A stretch of 63,973 nucleotides of DNA, the filler included, from Perkinsus olseni (lineage: Eukaryota): the NCBI GenBank assembly GCA_013115125.1. It is 4 parts of 4 records of this genome, joined end to end, with 100 filler letters (N's around TTAATTAATTAA, not from the genome) between each part and the next. Parts side by side here need not be neighbours in the genome. Positions count along the whole stretch, not along the records: positions 17,202 to 34,278 come from JABANN010000657.1; positions 34,379 to 51,424 come from JABANN010000658.1; 2 more parts are not named here. The stretch is one strand, 5' to 3'. Made by a program: the position numbers and the translations under genes. The notes below the pieces were generated by a model. The model made no database searches and was not told the origin of the DNA. It saw nothing but the letters and a program-made list of their open reading frames with translations. Numbering within the stretch: the first letter of the stretch is position 1; every line of letters starts with the position of its first letter. This document shows, in pieces, positions 25,355 through 38,500 of the stretch.

Positions 25355-26980
25355 TCAGGAAAGGCCAAGAAAGAATTTGATGGCCCATTCAGCGGGGTCA
25401 AGATATCGAGTTCTAACAACTCGATGGGCTGAACCATGAAAGCTGCAGTTGAACCTCTTGATAGATACGGCTCTATCTTCTCCAGGACACTTCCACTCCT
25501 TCACTCTTAGCCACGGCTTGATCCTTGTTGTATTCGTTACCTTTCTTTCACATCAAAATCTACTCGCCCATCGTCTGATATCTCTGTTGGTCCTCGGGAG
25601 AAGGTCGGAACTGAAGTACTTCTTATATATCTTCCCGTAAATAGAACCATTGTAGGGCACCCACTCATCATCGATGCAGTGTATGCTGGCCACCCTCGGC
25701 ACAGGAGGCTTCGGGCCGAAGGTGGCATTATTGTAGATATCGTCACAGGCCTTGAAAGCCCCACTCAAGCCAGGTTTCAGAGCCAGTACACCATTAACCG
25801 AGACCGCCATTTGAATAACCTTATGGCACAGAAGGGATTCCACCATCATACCACCATTACTGTAGCCATAACCATAGACTGGCAAGTTGTTCTTGTTCTC
25901 CCTCTCTAGGATAATCCTCGTGTAATTAACATCGTCGATATCTTCTCGCTTGACGCAGCAAACGCCTGCATTCCATCCGTTCGCGGATGTCAAAAGGCGT
26001 GAATACCAGCCATACGAAGAACCACACGCATTGATCAGTATCAGGCCGTATTTATCGGCAAGGGCGGTGGTATTAGAGTATTTCTCCCATTCCTCACATG
26101 AACTGCGATAACCATGATACTGTAGGAGTATACCCTTGATCCAGACATCCTTAGGGGGGAAGCGGCGATAATAGGAACGTGTTAGAGTAGTTTTGCCAAA
26201 CCACCCATCAATATCCATTTCGAAGCTGAACTTCTCACTCCCTGGAATGCCCTCCAGTCTGACTTCACCAGCAGGCGCGTCCTCCTTGATCACAATATGT
26301 CTTCCTCCAACCACAGGTAGGCCAACTGAGATTCGGACACTGAACTGGGGAGCGTCGTCTGACTGGTTTTGGTGGGGCTCGTCAATCACGGCGTCGATGG
26401 AGTAATATTGAGGGAAACAAGAAGCTTGTTCATAAAAGTTGCACCTGAGGAGCGGACGGAATGATGGAATTGCGAGGAGCAGATAATATGTGACATAATC
26501 CATGTCAATGAAGTGATGCCTTCGAGAAATCACCTCAGCTGACCTGAGACAGCTCGAACCCGCCTTACCCTTGTCTGAGAAGTCCACCCTATACGAATGA
26601 ACTTCGAAGTAGGTATTGTCGCTAACATTGAGCCTGAAAGGCAGATGATCACCACAGCAGGTGAGTTATCCCACTCACTTCAGTCTCCTGAGCTCGTCCC
26701 TCATTCTGGGAGTGGCTGCGTTCACAAGCATATGATTCAAGAAAGGCGGGATGCATTCCTCACTGATGAGAGCAGAACATCCTCGAGATAGAGGGGAGGC
26801 CGAGAAACTCAATCACCTTAGATACACCGGATCCATGGCACCATTGAGGCATTGTGGAGGAATGGGATACAAGGCGCCGTTGCCGACTCTCCTGAGGGTT
26901 CCGCCAGCATTGTCTACCAGTCCTAGAACCGCTGCCGGGGGAAAGTAGAGCAGAACAATGGGGTGCTGTGATGCAACCAT
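25355..26980 (-). pseudogene. Secreted LpqC/PHB-depolymerase-like alpha/beta-hydrolase, copy 1 (in-frame TGA at 25553-25555)
   Basis: Signal peptide; motifs WNAGVCC, DDVNY, nucleophile GYSNGG, SIHCIDDEWVP and AHRV. The TGA sits where both paralogs have GGA (Gly), and the frame continues after it. Confidence 0.8.
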
Positions 26981-28900
26981 ACTTACGAGGATATCCAAGT
27001 CTGCGATAATGTCTGCAAGGTCAAACCATGCATTACCGGTGCACAGCTCAATTGAATTGAGTCAATTCTTTCAGCGCCTAACGTCATCACGGCTGATTAC
27101 CAATTCATGCCGGGTAAGTCGCGAACTGGACGCACTATGATGCCAATCCCCTGCAGCAGTGGAGATAGTTGAACTTCGCTGCTGTTGTGTATTGTTGGTC
27201 TAGCATCATCGAGGATACGTCCAAGCTCACTCTCTAAGTAAGACTCCTTGGTGCCTCTCTGACAGTGTCCCAGGAACACTGCCGCTAGGTTAGGAAGAAG
27301 ATTACTGTCGTTTGTGCGCTCGCAATGCGTGCGAGCTTATTAGTAATAACAACCGCACTGGTTCACTCACCATCTCCCGGGAGGGGCATGATGGTCGAGT
27401 ATAATGGGGATTATAGCATATTCTATCCATTTCAGTCGAGATTCGCGTGTACGCGCGTTCCTGGTGCCCACGGACCGCCGAGCGGTTCGGTTCGCAAAAT
27501 GATCTCCCAGAGTCTGGACCCTACGTCCTTCCTCAACATAGTCAGACTCCTTGTTTTCGCGTGCTGTAGCTTTGTGTTGGGCTAGCTAGCTATCTAGCCC
27601 AACAGCTAGCCCAACAGCTAGCCCAGGCTAGGCTGTCTAGCTGTCCTCTCTCTGAGTGTGCTCTCCTCTGCTTCTTCTCGGGTGAGGCTTCAGAGTTCGC
27701 CTTGCCCTCGAGCATTTCGTCTAAGGTAGGCACAGACCCAACTGCGCGACCTCCTGTGTGTGAGTAACTCACAGTTTGACTATAAACTCACAGTGAGTTT
27801 ATAGTCAAACGCCGGTTCCGGTTTAGTTATACTCTTGGCGATGGGTTCAGTAACTGAACTTCAGTTGGAGACTCTCTGTAGTCTCGACAATGTCGATCCG
27901 ACATGCAATGCCATCAGACAGATTGTCAAGAAGCATTCCTCAAGGGTACAGACTGTACCGTACAGTCAACAAGATCAGCTTCCTTTCCTCCTGGCAGGAT
28001 CCGAAACCTTCTTTTCAGACTCACGGAGCCCGTATCCGACTCACCTCGAAATTCAGCTTGTGCTTCCACAGGTTTGCATCATCCAAGCATATGTCGCGTG
28101 CAGTGCGAGACTGCTGAACCATCTTTATCATTCATGAATGAGCCTTCTGACTTCCCACTAGTTACAGTCATCGGAAGGCCACGAAGAAGAAAAGTGATTG
28201 CTACAAATATCTCGGGCCGAGATTCGAACTTTTTTGTTCGATAATTCGGTCCGCGACATGTTCAAACCATATAGCAATGTGAGGAGAGCTCATAGTTGAA
28301 ATCTCAGGTCCATATGAGCTCTGGGTAAAAAGTTGTGCCGGTGACACGAGAGGGACTCGTTAGCTTGCGCATGCTGTTACAGCATTGCTGTATCCCACTG
28401 CTGTGACTGTGGGGATTCATGAGATACATGCTATTACCATGTCGTCTCTGAAAATGCATGGTGTGTGATAATGTATATTGCAACGATTGAAAATGTAAAG
28501 CGATTCATTTCCGTTGGCCTTCTAGACCGTCATCCTTGCAACTGCTGGGACTCGACACTACTTGAGAATAAGGTAGAAGACCTGTGTTAAGTGGAAGGTC
28601 TTTTATAGAAAATTAAGTGACTTTATGTTGATTTACGTTGTGAAAAAGTTGATACTACTACGCAGCAATGACAACGGATGCAATCATCGCGTGTCGAAGG
28701 TGTGGGGGGAGTTGCAGATACACCTCGTCGGCTAACGTAGTAATCTGTTGAAAGGAAATGAAATATAATCGGATCTTATCATCATACATCCTGAGCTACT
28801 CATTAGCACCATGGCAATTCTGGACAGGGTAATGGAGCTCTGTTGATATCAGAAGTAGGATCAGCTGATCAGTTTCGCAGCTGAAGTCCTGATAAAAAGA

Positions 28901-30718
28901 TTAGTTCAGACCAAGAAAGAAATCAACGGCCCATCTTGCAGGGTCGAACTCGTCTGTTCTGACAACAGAATGGGCCAAATCGAACCACCCTTTGTCCTTG
29001 CCGCAGTCGAACCTCTTTAATAAAGAGGTTCGAAAAGACGTATACCAGTTCTAAGGACGTCTTCGTCTTCGATGACGTCTTCGTTCTGTCTGATTCGTCG
29101 TATACCAGTAACTGTTCTAAGGACGCGGCAACTAATAAAGAGTCTTTATAGAGACGGCGCGCTCCTCTCCTGGGCACTTCCACTCTTTCAGTGTCATCTC
29201 GTCATTCAACTTAGTCTTGGTAGTCTCCTTCCTCGCGCATCCGAGTCTACCGGCCCAACGTCTGATATCCCTGTTGGTTCTCGGGAACTTGGTCTCAGGC
29301 CAAGGCGAGAGAGGGTTAGGGGGGTTCAGTTCTGAGCCATTGTATGGCACCACTTCATCATCGATGCAGTGTATGCTGACCACTCTTGGCACCGGCGGCT
29401 TCGGTCCGAAGTTAGCGTCATTATAGATATCATCACAGGTGTCGAAACTACCTTGTAGACCAGGCTCCAAAGCAAGTACACCGTTGACGGCCACGGCCCC
29501 TTGAATGACTTTATGACATAAGAGAGATTCCACCATCATACCACCATTACTGTAACCATAGCCATAGACGGGCAAATTGTTCTTGTTTTCTCTTTCAAGT
29601 ATAGTCTTCGTGTACTCAACATCATCAATTCTATGATCGTCAACGCAGCATACCCCCGCGTACCAACCCGAAGTGTAGTACCATCCAAAGTTACTACCAC
29701 AGGCGGTTATCAAAATAAGGCCGTGTTTATCGGTGAAAGTAGACGTCATAGAGTAGTTCTCCCACTTCTCGCATGTGTCACCCCAACCATGGTACTGTAT
29801 GACTCATACCGTATGAGTATACCCTTGATCTCGACGCCCTCAGGAGGGAGGCGGCGATAATAAGAACGTGTTATAGGTTTTTTATCATCCCATTGCCACC
29901 ACGATGCATCAATCTCCACGTTGAAACTGAACTTCTCACTTCCTGGGATATCCTTCGGCTCAGTCTCCTCCTCCTCAGGCTCATCGGGGTCTTCAGCCTG
30001 GAGCATCCTACGTACTGGAGTCTCGTGGGCCATGAGATACCTCCTCGGGGACATCGAGAGAACTTCGACGGTGCGGACAATGAACTGGGGGGAGAGAGCT
30101 GATGGATCTTGCGGAGGCTCAACAATCACGGTATAGATGAGGTAGCCTCCAGGGACTGCACGAAGATGGTTCTCATCAGTTGTACCTGAGGAGCGAGGGG
30201 AGGCACGAGGAGATTATGAGGAACAGCGACACTGAGCTGAGACAACTCGTAACCGCTTTACTTTCGTTTGAGACGGTCACACTGTATAGCTCAACGTTGA
30301 AGAAGCCTCTGTCACTTACGTTCAACCTGGGGGAAAATAATCATCAAGGGGTGTCACACGCCGCGTGTGTTTGTTCCTGAACTCACCCTAGTTTTCTGAG
30401 CTCGTCCCGTATTCTCGGTGTGGCAATGTGCACAATCATTTGGTTCAAGAAGGGCGGCATGCATATCTCGCTGATGAGAACAGAACATCTTCAGGATATC
30501 ATCTCAGATAATTCCCGAAGTCGACGAGCCGAATCACCCAGGGAAATTCGATCTCACCCTCTGAAGGCCGGGCTTCTGAAACCTCCGCGACATTCATCGG
30601 GAAACGGTTGAAGTTTATCATTGCCGACACTCGCAGAAGCTGCTTCATCGTCCATCAGTATCAGAACAGCTGCTGGAGCGTAGCAGAGCAGCAGGAGGGG
30701 GAGTTGCAGGGCAGTCAT
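28901..30718 (-). pseudogene. Secreted LpqC/PHB-depolymerase-like esterase, copy 2, disrupted by two fold-back insertions
   Basis: Same motifs as copy 1. A +14 bp insertion at 29796-29817 shifts the frame; a +129 bp insertion at 29013-29149 brings in stops. Confidence 0.85.
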
Positions 30719-31961
30719 ACTGTTGAAGGTACCCTAAGCCCAAACACTTGATTGCGTTCCGAGCCGCGTAAGGCACACGCTGTAGGCTATAGCCTGTAGC
30801 AAAACACTAGGAGGAAGCAGACACCCGCACAATCATCTCGCTGCACAAGGCTAGTGGAGTCGAGAAACAAGAGAACCCTCGGCTGGTGCGCACTCTAGTG
30901 AGAATTACTATCAATTTGAGTCTCAAAAGTTCCTGCGTATCGTTAGTCCGCGGCAGACGGTAAACTATTTAGCGATTCTCATGGAGAGCTTGTGCGGTGG
31001 AAGTGGTTCTCGATAATCACAAACTCGCTACCTACATCTGGTTCCTTTGTGAGGTTTTGGTAGTCGTGCGTCCGTTCGTCCCTTCACCGCGTGGCACGCA
31101 TGCACTCTAGGGACACCCACCACTATTGCTGCTGCGAACTCACATTGCTCCCTGTGCGCCTTTGTTCGCTGTGCGTCTGTTCGCCCCAGCAATTGCGTGC
31201 ATTCCTTGTCATAGGATCGAACGTACTGTGAGTAGGAAGAGCTCAAAGTAGTCTCCAGTAGGGCTGACTACTTTCGGGCCCTGGGATCCGCACCATCTGC
31301 TGCAGACGATCTGTCCTATGATCGATGAGCGTGTAGCTCAATATGTCGATCCCGTTACAGCGCACTATCAGCTCGTATTCACGAAGACAACGCTTGTGTG
31401 ACGACCGATGCGCTCCAACCAGCGAGACCCGTTCGGCGACCGAGAAGCTCACCACGCATTCAAATCGCTCTTCGAAGCGGTACGGTTCGTTAATGTATTT
31501 TCAGAGATAGCATGAAAAAAAGAAGTACTTCCATTCCGCTGGCCTCCGGAATGTTCACCGACCTGAATGTTGTGACCCAACACTACTCGAAGACATCCTG
31601 GAATACCGGCGTTGAGTCAACGGCACTTCATATAAACTTATGTGACTAAGTCACAGTGACTATCTCAACGAACTTGGTAATACTACGCCGCGCAGACAAC
31701 GGATGCAATCATGCGTGTCGAAGAGGGTAGGGGAAATTGCATTCACGCTTTGTGTGCCAACGTAGGAAAGACGGGGAAATGTTCTACAAAGAAATGCGGA
31801 AATAGAAAGATCGAGTCCGCTGATCAGACTCCGATTATCGTCATACATCCCGAACTTGTCATTAACGCCATGGCCATTATGGCAGGGTAATGAAGTTCTG
31901 CTGGAATGAGGAGAAGTAGAAGCAGCTGACCAGTTCTGCAGCTGAAGGGCTAATGGAAAGA

Positions 31962-33639
31962 TTAGTCAAGGTGAAGAAAGAAATCAACAGCCCATTCGGC
32001 CGGGTCGAACTCGTCGGTTCTGACGACAGAATGGGCGTACTCGAGCCACCCTTTGTCCTTGCCACAGTTGGACCTCTTGATAGAGACGGCGCGCTGCCCT
32101 CCTGGACAGTTCCACTCCTTCAGTGATGTCCCGTTGAACGGAGCTAGAGTAGTGTCCTTCTCCGCGCATCCGAATCTACGGGCCCAACGTCTGATATCTC
32201 TGTTGGTTCTTGGGAAAAGAGTGGCGGTGCCCCAAATAGTATCATCTTTGCTCAAGACTGAACCCTTGTAGGGAACGACCTCATCATCGATGCAGTGTAC
32301 ACTGGCCACCCTTGGCACTGAAGGCTTTGGACCCAAGGAAGCATTATTATAGAGATTATCACACGTCTTGAAGCTCCCTTGTAGACCAGGATTCAAAGCC
32401 AATACAGCATTGACGGCGACGGCTCCTTGAATGACTTTATGGCACAAAAGGGATTCCAACATCATACCACCATTACTGTAACCATAACCATAGACAGGCA
32501 GATTTTTTTGTTCTCCCTCTCGAGGATAATCTCCGTGTACTCCACATCGTCGATGTCTTGTCTCTGAATGCAGCAGGTACCCGCATTCCATCCGTTCACC
32601 GAGTAGAGAGCCCTTGAATGCCATCCGTAATTACTCCCGCAGGCGGTTATCAAAATCAGGCCGTGTTCATCGGTAAAAGTAGACGTCATAGAGTACTCCT
32701 CCCACGCCTCGCATGAGCCACCCCAACCGTGGTACTGTATGAGTATCCCCTTGATCTCGACGCCCTCAGGAGGCATGTGGCGATAATAAGAACGTGTTAG
32801 AGTAGTTTTGCCCCAAAGGACCCCATCAATCTGTGTTGTGAAGCTGAACTTCTCACTTTCTGGGGCCACAGTGGTCTTCGTTTGGAGCATCCTACGGAAT
32901 ATTGGAGACTCGTGGGACATAAGATGTCCCCTTGGGGTCAACGAGACGACCTCAACAGTGCGGACAATGAACTGAGGGAGGTCAGCTGATTGATCTTGGT
33001 GGAGTTCCTCAATCACGGTATGAATGAGGTAGTCTTCCGGGCCAACACGGAGCTGATTCTCATAAGTCGCACCTGGGGAAGACGAGGAAATGTTGAGGAG
33101 ATAAAGAGAAACAGCGGCGCCGGGCCAGCGCCTGAGTTAGCTCATACCCGTCTTACCCTCTTCGGAGAAAGTGACATGGTATAGCTCAACCAGGAAGTAG
33201 GTTTTGTCACTGACATCTTGCCTGAGTAACAGATTGGTATCCCAACGGGCGGTCTCTCTAACTCACTCTAGTCTCCTCAGCTCGTCCCTGATTGTCGATG
33301 TGGCCGCTTGCACGATCATATGGTTCAAGAAGGGCGGCATGCATATCTCACTGATGAGAGCAAAACATCCTCGGGATATCGTGATATAGAAGAATCGAGG
33401 CGCCCTCTCTTGTAGGCGCTTTCCCATGGAACGATGAACCCCGCCCAGGGAAGTTCGAATTCACCCTCGATTCGAGGGCCTCAAAAGCCCGAGCTTCTGA
33501 AACCACCGAGGCATTCTTCGGGAATGGGTTGCAGGTTGTCGTTGTCGTTGCCGGCACTCTCAGGAGCTAAGCCACCGTCCACCATTATCAGCGCAGGAGC
33601 GGAGCAGAGCAGGAGAACGAGCTGCTGGAAGGTGGCCAT
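31962..33639 (-). CDS. Secreted LpqC/PHB-depolymerase-like esterase, copy 3 (1-nt shift in a homopolymer at 32503-32509, possibly sequencing error)
   Basis: Signal peptide MATFQQLVLLLCSAPALIM; motifs WNAGTCC, GYSNGG, HCIDDEVVP and AHSV. Confidence 0.8.
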
Positions 33640-34278
33640 GGTGTGAAGGTATCCAGGGTCTACGCAGATCATAGCCTCTTACCATACGATTCTTACTCCG
33701 CGTAAGATAGGTGCTATATACGGAAATGTCAGAAGGAAGCAGACAGCATAAAAGTTGCCGACATCTGGTCTCTACGTACGGCTTTGCTAGTTGTCCGTTT
33801 GTCCCTTCACTACAGGCGCTCATCCCACATCTAGTCCGGGAGTTTTTGCTGCTACTAAAGGCTTTAGTCATGCACAACTGAACAGGATAAGCTTTAGTCT
33901 AAAGCTTATCCTGTTCAGTTGTGCATGCGTGTAAGCTAGGCTAGCAGTCAATCGACCAGAATAGAGCATACAATAGACGCTCTCTCATATCCCTCGACTA
34001 GTATTCAAGGCTGTGAGCCACGACTGAGCAACAGCTGGTGCTTAGACACTCGGTGGACCTCCCAAGATCCCCTCTTAATCGTCCGCGTGTTATGACTCGT
34101 GCGAGTGTCCCGTACTAGCGCAACACCAACGTGCTGCCAGTCAATGATATCAGTATGCAGCGGAACTGATAACGGCCTCACGAGGGGGAATATGCGTACA
34201 CGTGCTGATAGCTGAAATCGATCATCATCAAATCGATCACCGCGCCAGTCGACAGCGACAACCGCGCCAGTCAACAGC

Positions 34279-34378
34279 NNNNNNNNNNNNNNNNNNNNNN
34301 NNNNNNNNNNNNNNNNNNNNNNTTAATTAATTAANNNNNNNNNNNNNNNNNNNNNNNNNNNNNNNNNNNNNNNNNNNN
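34279..34378. other. Artificial contig linker
   Basis: N44-TTAATTAATTAA-N44. Confidence 0.98.
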
Positions 34379-35528
34379 TCGTATTTTACACGTTAAATTC
34401 AATCCTGGGAGCGCTCCTGAAACTCAGGAGAGGTCTATTGAACACCCCCTCAGTTACCCACTCGTAGATTGTGCGTAATGTACGAGTAAGAATCGGACTT
34501 GTTCAAGGTCTCGGGCGAGCGAGACGGAAGTATCGCATTGCACGGGCGAGCGAGTTTCTTCTTTCGAGATGCGCGCGTCTTAAAACGAATTTCCTCTCCC
34601 TCGAGAAGGCATTTCTGACTCTTCTCTTTCTGCCCTACGTGGATGGTAGGCGGAGCAATCAATATGAGCGACGATCTCTTGAATGCAACCAGCTGCACGC
34701 CTTATTGTTTAATGGAATGGAGGATGCCGGTTGATTGTACTGAGCTTGTACTGAGTACATATTACAGTACAAGTGTACAATCACAAATGAGTACAATCAA
34801 CTCATGTACTGTACTTGTAATGAGACTATTTCGTGCTGTCTTTCTCGTAAGGGCGCGCAACGGGCTGTAGCTGGCAAGCTTGTCGATATCATGAAGCGGT
34901 CTGATATTATATCAGTGATATAGGAAACCTGGTGTCCGCTGATTCCCTGTCTACAATGTGTATGGCCATGACGAGTACACGTGTGGTGCTCGGACGACAG
35001 ATAGTTGAGAATACTGATCGTGGAGAATCTTCCCTGCGCAGTTGCTTCCTCCCTATCATGATAATCTGATGACATTCAATTCTCTACTTGCGAGGTGGAT
35101 CGCCGTTCATGAGACGCTTTACTGCGCCTGGGCATTCAAGGAGATGGGGGCCCTGCAGGTAGTACCACACGTTATCCGAATCATCGGAATCGTTAGAGCT
35201 CGTACCCGCCTCTGTTGGTCATGTAAACATCTTATTGTCGACATCGGCTTGGAAATGGCAAGCGCGTTGGTAGTGAGTTCAGACGGCGAGTTGCCTTGTC
35301 GTTTCAGGTTGTATTCCCGGATATAGTTGATCCTGATACTGGGGTCATCACGAAATCGGAAAGTGACCAGATCCGAATGGTCGACGTTAATCAAGAGGGG
35401 ACAGCGGCAGCTTTCAGCCGAGAGAATCAACTGGTAGTACAGCACGGCCTCACGAGTAGCTGAGCCAATTCAACAGCACGACGGGTTGCGGTGGCTATTA
35501 CTTGTTTGAGAGATTTACTTTTTTCAGG

Positions 35529-38500
35529 ATTGTGTAGTGTCCATTGGGTGCTATAAAGCTTTGTCGAGTCCGAGTCCTCGATTATATGATGTGGCCTCTG
35601 AGGAAGGTCAGGCGTATACGCCCAGAGAGTGCTGGGTCATGTGCAGTAATATCAGAGGGGGAGGGGAAAGTGTTGTGAACCATAACATAGACCAATCGAT
35701 AAGGTCGATTCCCAGGGTTCACGTTGAGATCAGCTTCGCCTATACTCCGTCTTACTTGTACATTAGTCTTACTGTAGCTGTCCACGCGCTGACTTCTGTA
35801 CTTAGGTGCCATACCGGGCATGGTAGTGGCCGGGGTGTCGGGAGGCTTCTGCAGCTGCTCAGCGAGTATTGAATCCCAATGGCAGAAAGCAGCCAGCGAG
35901 GAACAGTGTCAGGTAACGCACAGTAGTTGGGGACCGCGCGGGATGCAGTGCTCTTAGATTGAGTGTACTAGCGAGTTCAAGACTCCTATATGTGGAGGAT
36001 CGGATGATCATTGGAACTTGTTTATGTGCTACACACATGTTCAGGTAATAGGGGAAGGCTGTGGTTGAGCGGGTTCAAAGGGATGTAGTGGTGTTTGCTG
36101 TTCTATAAGAAACTTTGTGAACAAGGGAAAGAGTGGCTGGACTTTGGGGAAGCCCATTTTCTGTCAGGTTGGCTCTCTGGCGGTCGATCCATGGAGGAAC
36201 CTTGCTTTCCGAACGGTGTCGGTGAACTGGTAGTATTCTGGTTGGGGTAGCAGAGTGGGGGAACGTATGCCACAAGCTCATCGTCTTGCCGGGCCTTTCT
36301 CGGGGCTAGTTGAGTAATGTCAGGTACCGGGCAAAGCCGGAGACTCCTGCTACCGCTGACAGTGGTGTGTCGAACGAAAGGGTAGTACGGTCCGAAGGGC
36401 TTGTTTCCGAGGTGTCGTAGGCTACGACTCGTAGCTTCGGGTCGAACTGGGGATCATTAAATTCGTGTTGCGATGAGCATCCATGTTGTGAGTTTCCAGA
36501 CTCTTTTCATCATGGTAGGCATACGATGATGCTGAGATGCCGGAGACTTACTTCTTGTTTGTCGCTGATATTGCCACGGGCGATGCCAGACTCCAATACC
36601 ATATGAAAGAGACGCAGAGCACAGAGACAGAGCTTATGATTTACACGGGTAAGCTGTGTAGTTTTGAAACCGTAGACGGCTATTTGCTGGAGGCGTTTCA
36701 GGTTTGACCTACGATGTAGACAGCAGCCGGGTGGTGTGTCTCATGATGCCTGCTAGGACAGCTAGGATACAAACAACCACGTCATTCAATTATAAGGTAC
36801 TCGATGGGTTGTGGAGCATCGGGGCCCAGGCCGGTGGCCCGGTTATACAGCACGAGTATAGTTCGCTAGGACGACTCTTATCTCACATATCGGTCTCGGC
36901 TGTGAGGACTATCAGATAGTTGATCAGCTATAAGGTGAGGGAGCGCACTGCGAGGCATCAGGTGCTGGTCATCAAATTGGATACTATGGACCCAACATCA
37001 CCCCAGCTGACTAAAGTGTTCTCTCCTATGTATACCGATATCGCCACTAAAACGGACATCTTTGCTGACGGGGCCAGCGAAGCCACAGCAGCCGAGTAAG
37101 TTCAGGAGGAGATGTGTGCTTTTCGAGTTAGATCGCTCACTCTGTTGTACGGCCTCGTGGCTCAGGTATTTCCAGGCGAGTGACAACGCGGGGATAATAT
37201 CTAAGAATGGCTTGGATACGTATATATTCAGCGTATCTTACGGCATCGAGGGTGGCATAACCAATACCGTCAAGTCGAAGGTGATAGAATCGCCGCTCCA
37301 GACGGTGCTCGTGTACGCTGTTGACAGGTCATGTTTGTTGATATATCAACGTCGACCTCGGGGCAGGCCACGCTGGGGCACGTCTATCACACAGCGTCTC
37401 TGGATAGCGTTGTCGTACAACTAGCTGTCAACGAGTAGGCTGTGGGTTATCTCTTATCCCAGAGTGTTCGTTTTGAGGTACTATGGCGATGTTGGAGTGA
37501 TGGTTAATAGAAATGGCAATATGGAGTTCCTGTCCCTGGCAAGAGTCTATAGACAGTCTCAGACCCAAGCGTTGATCGCGGAGCCTTTCTGGACGACATC
37601 AGGTGGGAGAACAGCACCTGTTCCGTTGTGATATCCCAGAATCTTTAACGGAGTGGAGCGCCGCCGGGGCTTTGATAGGATGCGCCCAGCGCGATGACTA
37701 TAGAGGCATGCACTATCGTCGGCATTCAGGCACGACCATCAATTACATGATGCCTGTAGCGGAGACAGCGAACTTGAACTTGCTGGCAGGGGTATCAGCA
37801 TTCAATCACATCTACAATAGATCCTGTCATGGTATCATGCTTTATGATACGGTCGATGGAGCGTCGTATACGGACGATAGGAAGGTAGTAAGGGCCGCTC
37901 GGGGAGCTTGGACCCTCCGGCAACCTTCCATTGGAAATCAGAAGGAAAGAGGATGATGGTTCGCCTTTCATTACCTGTTTGCGGTCCGTCTCATAATATA
38001 AGGCGTTTGTAATTATTGGTTTGCGCTCGAACTGTCGTGAAATTGTGCAGTTGTGGCTGAGTTCCTGGCCTGATCTTACGCTGTCTGCGAGACAAACCTA
38101 GTTTCATCTCCCTCGAGACTCATGTTAAATCTGCAGTACCGCACAGTTCAGGCATGTGAGTTGTTCTCGATCGTTATTAGCTTTTTTCTTGCGGTCGACT
38201 GATTGCACAGCTGGAACGGATCGCTGGACTTCTACATAGACTATAACCGCACTGACCTACTCAGCACATTGAAAGCCGGGAAGATGGTTCATCTCATAAG
38301 TGGTCCGTTGAACAGGCTGTCGCTCAGTCTGTGTCGCAGTGTTGGTATGACGGTAGAAGTGTCGTACGTATCTCAGGTATTACAGAATCAGCCCACTGGA
38401 TCAGAGGCTAAGCTTAACGCCATACCATCGGTGTTATGCTTTGACATCCGAACTGAGGTAGACGATGTCCTCAGAGTCCGCCTTCGCTACCCTCATCGGT

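Noticed and set aside
25553-25555. In-frame TGA as readthrough, selenocysteine or an alternative code (also TGA in the EF-hand loop near 22384)
   Set aside because: The paralogs have GGA, one substitution away. The EF-hand exon also has a TAA and another TGA. TGA terminates intact genes here (SMU1, PNP).
32503-32509. Programmed frameshift in esterase copy 3
   Set aside because: A single missing base in an A7 run is more simply a homopolymer error or slippage.
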